From Spirochaetia bacterium (lineage in GTDB: Bacteria > Spirochaetota > Spirochaetia > UBA9216): 64,000 nucleotides of DNA. A program made the translations under genes and the position numbers. This document shows, piece by piece, positions 1-10,039 of this stretch; positions within the stretch are counted from its first letter, which is position 1, and each line of letters begins with the position of its first letter. The stretch is taken from contig OY776510.1 of assembly GCA_963675665.1 (NCBI GenBank), positions 3,936,001 through 4,000,000 on the forward strand. Reading direction: 5' to 3'. The notes under the pieces are model-generated. The model was not told the origin of the DNA. It did not search any database and saw only the letters and a list, made by a program, of their open reading frames with translations.

Positions 1-2
1 CT

Positions 3-707
3 TCTGAAAATTACATACTCATCAACAAATGGGAACTTCCGGTAGTGCAGATTCATCTTGCTCCCGATGACTACCCGGAGGAAAAACTCGATTTCTTCTC
101 CACAGATAACAGGTGCGGAGGAAAACTTGCAGCTGAACATCTTATAAATATCGGCTGCCGACGGTTTTTCGACATTTCCATTCCCTTCTGCAAAGATACC
201 CGGACAACAAAGTCTATTAATAATATCAGCAGCGAGACATGGCAGAGAACAGCCGGTTTTACCGGAGAGCTTAATGCCTCGGGAATAAAAGATAGTCTGA
301 TAATAAGATATGCACTTTCAGGGACTTTTCAGACTGCACGGGATTTTATTCTGGAAAACAGGGAAAACTTCAAACCCGGGGACGGACTCTTTTTTCACTC
401 GGATCTGCTTGCATTCGGTGCGCTGACGGCCTGCCGGGAAGCCGGGATAAGGGTTCCTGAAGACATCAGAATTATCGGATTTGATGATTCGCCTATCGCT
501 GTATTGATGGATGTCGGAATTACAACAATCCATCAACCCCGGGAAATAATCGCGGCTCATGCAGCCGAACGAATATTTAATCTTCTTGAAGAAAAATATA
601 ACGGAAAGCAGAAAGAAGCCGGCAAAAAAGGGCCTTCCGCCGGGCCTGAAAACGCCAAGGTTCAGGAGCTTGTGCCCCCGCTGCTTGTCAAAAGAGAAAC
701 AACCTGA
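3..707 (+). CDS. LacI/GntR-type transcriptional regulator, effector-binding domain (5'-partial)
   Basis: Frame is open back to the window start. Motifs DNRCGGKLAAEHL, DLLAFGA, GIRVPEDIRIIGFDD, ITTIHQPRE and LVKRET are typical of LacI-family C-terminal domains. Confidence 0.85.
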   Translation, partial: SENYILINKWELPVVQIHLAPDDYPEEKLDFFSTDNRCGGKLAAEHLINIGCRRFFDISIPFCKDTRTTKSINNISSETWQRTAGFTGELNASGIKDSLIIRYALSGTFQTARDFILENRENFKPGDGLFFHSDLLAFGALTACREAGIRVPEDIRIIGFDDSPIAVLMDVGITTIHQPREIIAAHAAERIFNLLEEKYNGKQKEAGKKGPSAGPENAKVQELVPPLLVKRETT

Positions 708-716
708 GGAGGAACT

Positions 717-2078
717 ATGAAAATTACATTAATCGGAGCCGGAAGCTCACAGTTCGGTATGGGCATGATGGGCGATATTTTTCTCTGCAAAGAGCTGAAT
801 GGGGCCGAGATTTGCCTTATGGATATCAACCCGGCCGCGCTTGCCAAAACAGCAGCCAAAGGCCTTGACCATGTAAAGGAGAAAAACCTGCCCTATACGG
901 TAACCTCAACCACCGACAGGCAGGCTGCCGTTAAAGATTCAGATTTTATTATAATTTCCATCGAGGTCGGCAACCGTTTTGAACTCTGGGACATGGACTG
1001 GACTGTTCCGCATCAGTTCGGGATAGACCAGCTGTACGGTGAAAACGGCGGTCCGGGGGGCCTGTTTCACGCGCTCAGAATTATCCCGCCTATTCTCGAT
1101 ATTTGTGAAGATATTATGTCTCTTGCTCCTGATGCTTACGTGTTCTGCTACTCAAACCCCATGACCTCCATTACAACCGCGGTAAAGCGTAAATATCCGG
1201 GGCTGCGTTTTATCGGTATGTGCCACGAGATAGCATCGCTTACCCGTTATCTTCCGGCAATAATGGAAACACCGATTGAAAACATCAGCTTCAGGGCGGC
1301 GGGGCTTAATCATTTCAGCGTTATGCTTGATGTTACTTATAATGATTCCGGCGAAAGCGCTTATGACGATGTTATGAAAAACGCGCCGGCCTTTTTTGAG
1401 ACGGAGCCCGGATTCAGCGAGTTTCTGAAATATTATGAGCAGACCGGAAAAATACTGAATACCGAAGGTTCTATCGAACGCTTCATCATTGATTCCGGAA
1501 TAGCAGTGCGGCCGTGGTGCGAAAGGTACCTGTTCAGGTTTATTATGGATAATTTTCATCTTTTTCCGATAACCGTTGACAGCCACCTGGGCGAATATAT
1601 TCAGTGGGCGCACAGGGTTGCAGATCACAAGGGTATCCTTGATTTCTATAACTATTACCGGATTATGATGGCTGCTGCCGGAGACGCCGTTTTTAACGAT
1701 AAGATCCACGAAAGAGTCGTATATATCATGGCCGGTATTGTTTCTGATACGGAATATGAAGAACCTGCCGTAAATATTCTGAACGACGGGTACATCCCGA
1801 CCCTTCCCGCCGACATCACAGTTGAGGTTCCGGCCGTTGTTGACGGAAAAGGGATAAAAGGAATCAGTTTTCCTGATTATCCCAGGGGATTCGCGGCGCT
1901 GCTTAGAAACTATTGCGGTGTTTATGATCTGACAGCCGAGGCTGTGCTGGAAAAAAGCCGCGACCTTGCAGTACAGGCATTACTAGTTAATCCGGTTGTT
2001 CATGACTGCACAAGGGTCGGAGAACTGGTTGATCATATGATTGATCGGCAGAAAAAATGGCTTTCGTACCTGAAATAA
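717..2078 (+). CDS. Glycoside hydrolase family 4 (NAD+/Mn2+-dependent alpha-galactosidase/alpha-glucosidase)
   Basis: KITLIGAGS Rossmann motif, ENGGPGG, YSNPM, GMCHE, AGLNHF; strong SD GAGGAGGA upstream. Confidence 0.9.
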   Translation: MKITLIGAGSSQFGMGMMGDIFLCKELNGAEICLMDINPAALAKTAAKGLDHVKEKNLPYTVTSTTDRQAAVKDSDFIIISIEVGNRFELWDMDWTVPHQFGIDQLYGENGGPGGLFHALRIIPPILDICEDIMSLAPDAYVFCYSNPMTSITTAVKRKYPGLRFIGMCHEIASLTRYLPAIMETPIENISFRAAGLNHFSVMLDVTYNDSGESAYDDVMKNAPAFFETEPGFSEFLKYYEQTGKILNTEGSIERFIIDSGIAVRPWCERYLFRFIMDNFHLFPITVDSHLGEYIQWAHRVADHKGILDFYNYYRIMMAAAGDAVFNDKIHERVVYIMAGIVSDTEYEEPAVNILNDGYIPTLPADITVEVPAVVDGKGIKGISFPDYPRGFAALLRNYCGVYDLTAEAVLEKSRDLAVQALLVNPVVHDCTRVGELVDHMIDRQKKWLSYLK

Positions 2079-2615
2079 CTATTCCTGCTTGATTTTAGCG
2101 GAAAGTTTTCGTGTTTTTTCATTTATCTCAACCTGAACAGAAACCCGGTCGCCGGTATTATCGTCGGCCGGGATTTCCGCCCTCAGTATTCTTGGAGAAT
2201 CAATCTCCGACGGCAGGAGGTCTATTACTTCAACAGTCTCTTCAATTCCGTCTACTGAAAATTCAGCCGTAACAAGCCGCGATTCCTGCCTGTTGTCCTT
2301 TGACGCTTCAACCCTGAGACTGACCAGTATGCTGCCGTCGTATTCATACGCTTTCAGATTTGATCTGAACCCGTCGATTTTTACATTGCTTTTTCCGACC
2401 AGCACAATGGGAGCAAAGATCATTGTAAACAGCAGAATTACAGCGATATCCGCAAGTATAATCATATTGCGTTTGTTCATCGTGAAGATCTTTGTTTTGG
2501 TCAATACCCGCTTTGTTTCTTCCGAGAGCATAGCCTCCCGATCTTCCCTGTTGTAATGAAAATTTAAATCGCCCGGTTCATACGACTCAGGCTGTCTTCC
2601 GCCTTTTGAAGCCAT
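2079..2615 (-). CDS. Hypothetical single-pass membrane protein
   Basis: 178 aa ORF with one hydrophobic segment; SD AGGAG upstream; follows nnr on the same strand. Confidence 0.7.
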   Translation of the reverse strand: MASKGGRQPESYEPGDLNFHYNREDREAMLSEETKRVLTKTKIFTMNKRNMIILADIAVILLFTMIFAPIVLVGKSNVKIDGFRSNLKAYEYDGSILVSLRVEASKDNRQESRLVTAEFSVDGIEETVEVIDLLPSEIDSPRILRAEIPADDNTGDRVSVQVEINEKTRKLSAKIKQE

Positions 2616-2635
2616 TTTAATGCTCCTGCCTTTTT

Positions 2636-4132
2636 TTAGAGATACTCAATGATATCCTCGGCTGCGAACCATTCCCGTTTGCGGCCGCATCGTTTTCCGG
2701 CACGCAGATGGACAGCAGCAGCCAGCACCGCCGCTTCCCATGCGGCAAGCCCCGACGCCATGTAGCCGCCGATCAGACCGCAAAGCAGATCTCCGCTGCC
2801 CGCTGTTCCCAGTTTCGGAAAACACCCGTCCAGCACAGCACACCGGCCGCCGCCGGGTTCCGCAATAAATGTAACCGCGCCTTTTAACAGAATAACACAG
2901 TTAAGCTTATCCGATGCAGAAACTACAGCCGAATACGGATCAGAAAACGGATCTGTACCGGGAAACAGGCGCCTGAACTCACCGGCATGCGGGGTTAACA
3001 CCCATCCGCCGCCCAGATCCGGCAGCCGGCCGTCTTCGTTTACAATATCGGCCAGAACATTTATTCCGTCGGCATCAAGAACACCGCGGCTTTTTTCCAG
3101 AAAATACCTGAGCGGTTCCTTCCTGTCTTGTGTCCCCCAGCCCGGCCCTACCGCAAGCGCGGTAAACTTTTCCAAACCGGGAAAACCTTCCGCTTCAGGG
3201 CCGGGATTAACAGGTTTAACCATTACAGATTTGTGTTTTGCAGCAAGAATGTCATATATATCGGAATCGGCAAAAAGACTTACCAGCCCGGCGGATGTAT
3301 GTATTGCCGCATCCGCACAGAGTGACGCTGCGCCTGCAGTTCCCCGGGTCCCGGCAAAAACCGCAAGATGGCCCCGTGAGTTTTTATAATCGGCGGGGTT
3401 TAAATCAGGCATAAGCCGTGATATGTCGTCGTCGGAGATCAGCTGCCAGCAGCGCCCGTCGTCTTCGCCGTTCCGTGCTTCAGTCAGTTTTTCAGGAAAA
3501 CCAATTGCAACCGTATGGATCTCACCGCACAGCGGGCGGGCGTCGGGCAGGTAAAGGCAGCGCTTGGGAAGCTCCACCGTAAGCGTATAGTCAGCCCTTA
3601 CTGCCGGGTAATCTTTCCGGTATGAATCGCCGATGCCGCTTGGAACATCAACAGCAATTTTAACCGCAGATGAATTGTTTATAAGCTCTGCAAGCCCGGA
3701 GCCGGGTGCCCTTAATGCACCCCTGATGCCGGTGCCGGACAGCCCGTCGAAAATCATTCCGGCGGCATCCAGAGTGAGCCTCGTTTCATCGGCAGTGATA
3801 TCATCATACCTGATTATTTTGATGCCGAGGTTCCGGCAAAGATTCAAATGAAAATTAAAAGCTTCCGTTCCGCTGTCAGCTGCGGTTATTACCGTTACAT
3901 CGGCCGAAATACGCGAAAATATCTGCCTGGCAATTACCAGCGCGTCGCCGCCGTTGTTACCTCCTCCGGCGACACAGGCAAAAGGCGTTTTTGCCGTGAG
4001 ATCATAAAGCTCTCCGGCTTTTTCAAGAATCCGTATACCGGCGTTCTCCATAAGAACAAGATTTCCGAATCCGGTCTCTTCAATCGATACCCGATCAATT
4101 TCTTTCATTCTGGATGAACTTACTATATTCAC
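2636..4132 (-). CDS. nnr: Bifunctional NAD(P)H-hydrate epimerase/dehydratase (NnrE-NnrD)
   Basis: LMENAG, GGGNNGGDA, DGLSGTG, AVDVPSG (epimerase); VGPGWG, LDADG, LTPHAGEF, GTAGSGD (dehydratase). Confidence 0.93.
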   Translation of the reverse strand: MNIVSSSRMKEIDRVSIEETGFGNLVLMENAGIRILEKAGELYDLTAKTPFACVAGGGNNGGDALVIARQIFSRISADVTVITAADSGTEAFNFHLNLCRNLGIKIIRYDDITADETRLTLDAAGMIFDGLSGTGIRGALRAPGSGLAELINNSSAVKIAVDVPSGIGDSYRKDYPAVRADYTLTVELPKRCLYLPDARPLCGEIHTVAIGFPEKLTEARNGEDDGRCWQLISDDDISRLMPDLNPADYKNSRGHLAVFAGTRGTAGAASLCADAAIHTSAGLVSLFADSDIYDILAAKHKSVMVKPVNPGPEAEGFPGLEKFTALAVGPGWGTQDRKEPLRYFLEKSRGVLDADGINVLADIVNEDGRLPDLGGGWVLTPHAGEFRRLFPGTDPFSDPYSAVVSASDKLNCVILLKGAVTFIAEPGGGRCAVLDGCFPKLGTAGSGDLLCGLIGGYMASGLAAWEAAVLAAAVHLRAGKRCGRKREWFAAEDIIEYL

Positions 4133-5330
4133 TCTGCGGCTCCTCTATAAATCTGTCGCTCCGCCACCAGACAATCTCGGCCTCGAATTCACCGCATACA
4201 ATTGCCGAGAAAATTCCATCCGGATTAACATAATAATTTCTGAAAAAAATCTCCTTGTCGGAAAACTCTATAAGGCCGCGGTCTTTAACCGCTCCGTCTT
4301 CGCCTACCACGGTCAGGCGGTAAACAGTATCATCATAGGGACTGATCAGAAAAAAAGACGGCCCCCTGGCCACGCCTGCAAATTCATAAAGATATTCATG
4401 TTCCTTCTGTTCGAAAATTACAGGCTGTTCAGATTTTACTATATTCTTCGGAAGATCAATATTCAGATCATATTTCTGAAGCTCGAGGTTGTATCCCAGC
4501 ATAACGGATTTATTATACTTGATCTTTCGCGCTTCGTTCTCGGTATAATAATCTATCTTCAGATACAGCTCCCGTTTTTCAATATCGGGAACTATATTTT
4601 CGATTGAAAGCGTTACGGAATCTTTATCCATGGGAACAAGTTCATTTTTAAATTCAATTTTATACAGGGGGTCTCCCTTGTGAGTAAACCAGAAAGCCTC
4701 CCAGCCGGAGGGGTTCCTTGTAATAACGATTATTTCATTACCTGCATTTGCATATAATCCATGGATATATGGAAAAGGTGTTCCTCCGGGGCCTTCCTGT
4801 CCAAGATACGAGGTAAATTCACCGTTTTCTGAAAAACTGAGAACAATACGATCCAGCCGTACATCGCGCTCTTCATCATATTCCCACCGCTGTTCATTAA
4901 TCTGATCGTCGACAAGCAGGGCCCCGTTGCCGGTTTTTACAATCTCGCCCGGATCTCTCAGCGGATATTCAAACGCAGCTCTGGTAATATCACCCTGAAG
5001 ATTATCTACAGCCTTGAGAATAACCGGTTTCGGGTTTTTATCTCCGTTGTAGAAAAGATTAATCAGATCTCCAAAAGAGGAGAATTCCATAACCTTTGAA
5101 GCCTCGCCGTTTGATATGAAAAAGAATCCGTCTTTCATCATTATCCTTGTCTTTGCAAGGGTGTTGACTCCGTCGAACTGCTGAACAAACAGCTGGTCTT
5201 CCATCTTTCCTATAGGCATGGTAAAGAGCAGCTCGCGATCAAGCATCGACTCTTCCTGCTCACATGAAGAAAATAAAGCAGCAGCAAGAACAACCGCGGT
5301 TATGATGAAAAATCTCGGTGTAAATCTCAT
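4095..5330 (-). CDS. Putative spirochaete lipoprotein (LIC_12708-like)
   Basis: Signal peptide with lipobox LFSSC; YLGQEGPGGTPFPYI motif. Family name is from recall only. Confidence 0.7.
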   Translation of the reverse strand: MRFTPRFFIITAVVLAAALFSSCEQEESMLDRELLFTMPIGKMEDQLFVQQFDGVNTLAKTRIMMKDGFFFISNGEASKVMEFSSFGDLINLFYNGDKNPKPVILKAVDNLQGDITRAAFEYPLRDPGEIVKTGNGALLVDDQINEQRWEYDEERDVRLDRIVLSFSENGEFTSYLGQEGPGGTPFPYIHGLYANAGNEIIVITRNPSGWEAFWFTHKGDPLYKIEFKNELVPMDKDSVTLSIENIVPDIEKRELYLKIDYYTENEARKIKYNKSVMLGYNLELQKYDLNIDLPKNIVKSEQPVIFEQKEHEYLYEFAGVARGPSFFLISPYDDTVYRLTVVGEDGAVKDRGLIEFSDKEIFFRNYYVNPDGIFSAIVCGEFEAEIVWWRSDRFIEEPQSEYSKFIQNERN

Positions 5331-5333
5331 AAT

Positions 5334-5365
5334 CTGATAGTACTATCAGTAAAGGACTTAGTCAA
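5334..5365 (-). promoter_or_regulatory. Sigma70 promoter (leaderless) overlapped by a 16-bp palindrome
   Basis: Minus strand TTGACT(5365-5360)-N17-TACTAT(5342-5337)-N6-ATG(5330). Perfect palindrome CTGATAGTACTATCAG at 5334-5349. Confidence 0.6.
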
Positions 5366-5469
5366 ACCACCATTTGCCGGATTTTCCAAATCCAAAGTTA
5401 CTACCCTTTAGCGGCAAAATATATTATATTAATCTGGATATTCGTTCCATTTTTTTACAGGAGAAGAGG

Positions 5470-8205
5470 ATGTTACAAAAAATAGTCACTTCGATAGTAG
5501 GTTCAAAGCATGAACGTGATCTTAAGGAACTGCTGCCGATTTTACATAAAATAAACGAAAAAGAAACCTGGGCAATGTCGCTTCCGAATGAACAGTTTTC
5601 GGAAATTACCGACGGGTTCAAAAAAAGGATAAAAGACGGTGAATCGCTGAACGCCCTTTTGCCGGAGGCCTATGCGCTTGCCCGGGAGGCGGCAAGACGG
5701 GCACTCGGCGAACGTGCTTATGATGTTCAGCTGATAGGCGGTATTGTACTTCATCAAGGCAAGATAATGGAAATGAAAACAGGCGAAGGCAAAACGCTTT
5801 CGAGTGTTTCTTCCGCCTATTTGAATGCCCTAACCGGCAAGGGAGTTCATATTGTAACGGTCAACGACTACCTTGCCGAACGTGACGCCAACTGGATGAA
5901 ACCGGTATATTCGCTGCTCGGACTCTCGGTCGGCTCAATTCTTTCAAACATGGATACCGATGCCCGGAAAAAGGCGTACGCATGCGACATAACATACGGA
6001 ACCAATAACGAGTTCGGTTTCGATTACCTTCGCGACAACATGAAATGGGGAGCGGACGACAAGGTCCAGCGCCCGCATAATTACTGTATTATCGATGAAA
6101 TAGATTCTATCCTGATTGATGAAGCCAGGACCCCCCTGATAATCTCGGGAGCGGCTGAAGACGACACATCGAAATTCACGCAGGTTAACGCACTTATTTC
6201 ACAGCTGAGCGAATGTTCAAAAGATCCCGAAACCGGGGATTATCCGGAAGAAGATCCCGTCGGCGATTACAAACTCGACGAGAAATCCAAAAAGGTAACT
6301 TTCACCGAACAGGGAATTAATACAATAGAAAATGCGCTTTTGAAGTCCGGAGCAATCAAGGATTCTCTCTACAGTGATGAAAATTTCGAATATATACACT
6401 ATTTCACCCAGGCAGTAAGGGCGCATACGCTATATGCAAAAGATGTAGATTATGTTGTAGAAGACAAACAGGTCCAGATAGTTGACGAGTTTACAGGCCG
6501 AATACTTCACGGCCGGCGATATTCCGACGGACTTCACCAGGCAATCGAAGCAAAAGAGCGAATAAAGGTTGCCCGCCGGAACCGGACGCTTGCGACAATC
6601 ACATTCCAGAACTACTTCAGAATGTACGACAAGATTTCCGGCATGACGGGTACTGCCGATACCGAAGCCAAGGAATTCGGCAGTATTTACGATCTTGACG
6701 TAGTAGTTGTACCGACAAACCGTCCTGTAATGCGTTTTGATGATGATGATGTAATCTACTTCAACGAGGAACTGAAAAACAACGCTATCTGTGATGAAAT
6801 TGAACGGGTCAATAAGAAAGGTCAGCCCATTCTTGTCGGAACGGTATCAATTGAAAAATCCGAAAAAATTTCCAGGCTGCTTATGAAGCGCGGAATAAGA
6901 CATGAGGTTCTTAACGCCAAAAACCATTCTCGCGAAGCCATGATAATTGCGGAAGCGGGCGCTGAAGGTTCCGTCACAATAGCCACCAACATGGCCGGCC
7001 GCGGTACCGACATCAAACTTGGCGGAAATCCTGAATTCAGGGCCCGTAAAAAGGTCGGAACGGACGCCGCCGACGAAGAATACAGAAAGGCATACGCAAG
7101 CGAATATGAAAAGTGGAAATCGGATTACTCCCGCGTAAAAAGTTTCGGCGGTTTGTATATTCTGGGAACTGAGCGGCATGAATCAAGGCGTATCGACAAC
7201 CAGCTTCGCGGACGCTCCGGCCGTCAGGGAGATCCCGGCGAATCACGGTTTTTCCTGAGTCTTGACGATGATCTTATGCGTCTTTTTGCCCGCGACAGCC
7301 TGCGTTCCATAATGGGCCGCGCCGGGATGCAGGACGGCGAACCCCTTTATCATCCGCTTATTAACCGCGCCATTGAAAAGGCACAGTCCAAGGTTGAAGA
7401 AAGAAACTTTGAGATCCGCAAGCACCTGCTGGAATTTGATGATGTTCTTAATGAACAGCGAAAATTTATATATTCACAGCGTGATGATATAACGCAGAAT
7501 TCTGATTTAACACCGCGAATAATCGACACGGCTTCAGAGATGATTGACGATATGCTTGATACATATAATGAAGAAGGTTCAAAAGACAGTCATGCTGCAT
7601 TAAGCCGTCTGCTTGAAAGCCTGAAGCTGAACTTTTTTATTGAACCTGACTCTGTAGAAGATTTCAGCAGCATGGGGCTAAATAACAAAAAGGAATATCT
7701 TCTTAAGCTTATAACGGATGATATTCGCGAGAAAGAGCAGATGCTTGGCGCGGAAAACTTCAGCCGTTTCATCAGATATGAATATCTCAAGCGCATAGAC
7801 AGCAAATGGCAGGAACATCTTGAACAGCTTGAGGCCCTTCGCGAAGCTGTATATTTGCGATCATACGCACAGAAAAATCCGCTTCTTGAATATAAACTGG
7901 AAGGTTTCGATATCTTTGACAGGCTTATTGTTGATATTAAATCCAATATTGCACAGAAGGTCATCAAGGTCAGGATTCGGCAGCGTGAAAATGTTGCCCG
8001 GAAGCGTGAACCTGCAGCTGTTATGCATGCTCAGCATTCGGCAATAGGCGCATTCGCAGGCGGTGCAGCACCGGCCACAGCAGAACGCCCTGAAGCTTCC
8101 GGCGGCGCCGGTGTCCAGGTTACCAGAAGCTCTCCCAAGGTAGGCCGCAATGATCCCTGCCCCTGCGGCAGCGGTAAAAAGTATAAACACTGTTGCGGAG
8201 CGTAG
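5470..8205 (+). CDS. secA: Preprotein translocase ATPase SecA
   Basis: [84 protein letters not shown]. Start moved to ATG 5470 (AGGAG upstream). Confidence 0.98.
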   Translation: MLQKIVTSIVGSKHERDLKELLPILHKINEKETWAMSLPNEQFSEITDGFKKRIKDGESLNALLPEAYALAREAARRALGERAYDVQLIGGIVLHQGKIMEMKTGEGKTLSSVSSAYLNALTGKGVHIVTVNDYLAERDANWMKPVYSLLGLSVGSILSNMDTDARKKAYACDITYGTNNEFGFDYLRDNMKWGADDKVQRPHNYCIIDEIDSILIDEARTPLIISGAAEDDTSKFTQVNALISQLSECSKDPETGDYPEEDPVGDYKLDEKSKKVTFTEQGINTIENALLKSGAIKDSLYSDENFEYIHYFTQAVRAHTLYAKDVDYVVEDKQVQIVDEFTGRILHGRRYSDGLHQAIEAKERIKVARRNRTLATITFQNYFRMYDKISGMTGTADTEAKEFGSIYDLDVVVVPTNRPVMRFDDDDVIYFNEELKNNAICDEIERVNKKGQPILVGTVSIEKSEKISRLLMKRGIRHEVLNAKNHSREAMIIAEAGAEGSVTIATNMAGRGTDIKLGGNPEFRARKKVGTDAADEEYRKAYASEYEKWKSDYSRVKSFGGLYILGTERHESRRIDNQLRGRSGRQGDPGESRFFLSLDDDLMRLFARDSLRSIMGRAGMQDGEPLYHPLINRAIEKAQSKVEERNFEIRKHLLEFDDVLNEQRKFIYSQRDDITQNSDLTPRIIDTASEMIDDMLDTYNEEGSKDSHAALSRLLESLKLNFFIEPDSVEDFSSMGLNNKKEYLLKLITDDIREKEQMLGAENFSRFIRYEYLKRIDSKWQEHLEQLEALREAVYLRSYAQKNPLLEYKLEGFDIFDRLIVDIKSNIAQKVIKVRIRQRENVARKREPAAVMHAQHSAIGAFAGGAAPATAERPEASGGAGVQVTRSSPKVGRNDPCPCGSGKKYKHCCGA

Positions 8206-8363
8206 CGCAGCAACAGTGTTACATTGTCTGCGGAGCGTAGCGCAGCAACAGTGTTACATTGTCTGCGGAGCGTAGCGCAGCAACAGTGTTACATTGTCTG
8301 CGGAGCGTAGCGCAGCAACAGTGTTACATTGTCTGCGGAGCGTAGCGCAGCAACAGTGTTACA
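8194..8363. repeat. Perfect tandem repeat, 35-bp unit x ~4.9 (TGCGGAGCGTAGCGCAGCAACAGTGTTACATTGTC)
   Basis: Identical units start at 8194, 8229, 8264, 8299 and 8334 (last one 30 bp). No spacers. First unit overlaps the secA stop. Confidence 0.97.
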
Positions 8364-8396
8364 CAGCCGCGCCGGTTCCTGCCGCAGCTGTGTTTA
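8361..8396. terminator. Possible terminator hairpin between convergent secA and the M23 gene
   Basis: ACACAGC-c-GCG ... CGC-a-GCTGTGT, followed by only a weak T tract. Confidence 0.4.
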
Positions 8397-9656
8397 TTAC
8401 CATAAATATGTATTCGGATTAACGGGAATATTGTTCTTATAGATTGAGAAGTGCAGATGTGGTCCCGTGCTTCTGCCCGTATTGCCCATTTCGCCTATCT
8501 TTTCATTCTGATATATATACTGCCCTTCGCGGACTGTAATCCTGCTGAGATGTCCGTACAGACTCTGGTAACCGTTGGCATGCTTTATAATTACATACTT
8601 ACCGTAGCCGCTGGGCCTGTCTCCGACATCGGCGACGACTCCGGACATTGTGGCTATAATTTTCGTGCCGACAGCATTCGCAAGATCAATTCCGTTATGG
8701 AACCTGCGCTGGCCGGTAAACGGATCAGCCCTGTAGCCGAATCCGGACGACAGCCTTCCGCGTGTGGGATAGATGAACAGCGTCCCCATGGCCTTTTTAT
8801 AATCAAATTCATTCATGGCGGCGCCGGGAATAAACAGAACGTCGCCGGGTTGAATTATATCTGAAGCCATATCGTTTGCATCAAGCAGACTGTTTACGGA
8901 AATATTGTATTTTTTTGATATACCCTCAAGCGAATCTCCGGCTTTTACTTCATAAGGTACTCCGTCATAACCGGGAATTTTTAATTCCATGCCCACCTGG
9001 AGCCGTCTGACATCGGTGATTTTATTAAAACTGATTAGAGTTCCGATTTTAATGTTATTCTTTTTGGAAATTTCAGACAGTGTATCTCCGGGTTTAACGG
9101 TATAACTGACGGGTTCTCCGACAGTCAGCAGCACCGGTTCTATTCCGGCAATTTCACCTGAACCCTGACCATAATAATCAGAAGGCAGGCTTTCATATAA
9201 AACGTCTGAAATGTCCAAATCATTGAAAAGAGACAATTCGTCAAAAAGATTCCGGTTTTCGATATAACCGTAAATAAAGAAGGCTGCTGCTGTGCCGAGT
9301 ACAAGAACAGTGCACACGCCTATTAGTACCATGGTATTCACGGCGGAAACTCTGGTTTGTATTAATAAAATCAGTTTTTTGATTTTTTCAGTAAAAACAA
9401 ACCGCTTTTTCACATTCTGTTTAACACTGCTGTTATCAGAATTCCGTTTTGCCGGCCGTCGCACCTTTCTGTTCTTCAGACTTTTCAACAGAGATTTTTT
9501 TAATCCGCCGGAGGCAAACCGGTTGCGGTTTGTCTGCAGCCGCCCTGTTTCCCTGAAAACAGAAGCTGTCTGAACCAACGATTTGGAGGATTTCGAATGC
9601 CGTTTCGCTATCTTTTGTCTGCTAATTAATTCAGTCATAATACTTACAATATTCAT
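8397..9656 (-). CDS. LysM x2 + M23 metallopeptidase (NlpD/MepM-like), membrane-anchored
   Basis: YTVKPGDTLSEI and YEVKAGDSLEGI (LysM); HNGID, YGHL, GRSTGPHLHF (M23); one TM segment. Confidence 0.92.
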   Translation of the reverse strand: MNIVSIMTELISRQKIAKRHSKSSKSLVQTASVFRETGRLQTNRNRFASGGLKKSLLKSLKNRKVRRPAKRNSDNSSVKQNVKKRFVFTEKIKKLILLIQTRVSAVNTMVLIGVCTVLVLGTAAAFFIYGYIENRNLFDELSLFNDLDISDVLYESLPSDYYGQGSGEIAGIEPVLLTVGEPVSYTVKPGDTLSEISKKNNIKIGTLISFNKITDVRRLQVGMELKIPGYDGVPYEVKAGDSLEGISKKYNISVNSLLDANDMASDIIQPGDVLFIPGAAMNEFDYKKAMGTLFIYPTRGRLSSGFGYRADPFTGQRRFHNGIDLANAVGTKIIATMSGVVADVGDRPSGYGKYVIIKHANGYQSLYGHLSRITVREGQYIYQNEKIGEMGNTGRSTGPHLHFSIYKNNIPVNPNTYLW

Positions 9657-9657
9657 A

Positions 9658-9686
9658 TCGACAATTTCTTAATGACATATTACTAT
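9658..9686 (+). promoter_or_regulatory. Candidate sigma70 promoter for the S26 peptidase-PBP-maf operon
   Basis: TCGACA-N17-TACTAT in the 44-bp divergent spacer. Confidence 0.4.
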
Positions 9687-9700
9687 AAGATCGCTTAATT

Positions 9701-10039
9701 ATGTGGAAGTTTTTGTTGCCTTTATGTATTATTCTTATTGTTCTTTCATTCACTGTTGATGTTATGCGTGTTGACGGGAATTCAATGGAGCCCGAACTTG
9801 AAAACGGCAGCGTTATAATCGTTATTAATAACATTTTTGGATTTTTTACTCCAAAAAAGGGTGATTTTGTTGTTTTCACCAGTCCGGTAACGGGAGAATT
9901 GAATATAAAATGCTGTTCGACTGTCGAAAACGACGAGGTTTTTGTAACGGGAACAAATCTTTCCGAATCCACAGATTCAAGACATTTCGGCAGAATAGCC
10001 GTAACAGATATTGAAGGATGGGCATGGATAAAAATATAA
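9701..10039 (+). CDS. Minimal S26 family signal peptidase
   Basis: N-terminal TM; box B VDGNSMEP (Ser); box C KKGDFVVF; box D NIK (Lys); box E GTN..ESTDSRHFG. Confidence 0.8.
   Translation: MWKFLLPLCIILIVLSFTVDVMRVDGNSMEPELENGSVIIVINNIFGFFTPKKGDFVVFTSPVTGELNIKCCSTVENDEVFVTGTNLSESTDSRHFGRIAVTDIEGWAWIKI

Noticed and set aside
5374-5469. N-terminal extension of SecA in the ORF track
   Set aside because: TTG start without SD; ATG 5470 has an SD and gives a normal SecA N-terminus. Similar over-extended starts were trimmed for xerD, hslU, flgB, fliF, fliG, flbB, fliP, fliO and dprA.
8194-8363. CRISPR array (35-bp repeat length)
   Set aside because: Units are head-to-tail and identical with no unique spacers; no cas genes in the window.
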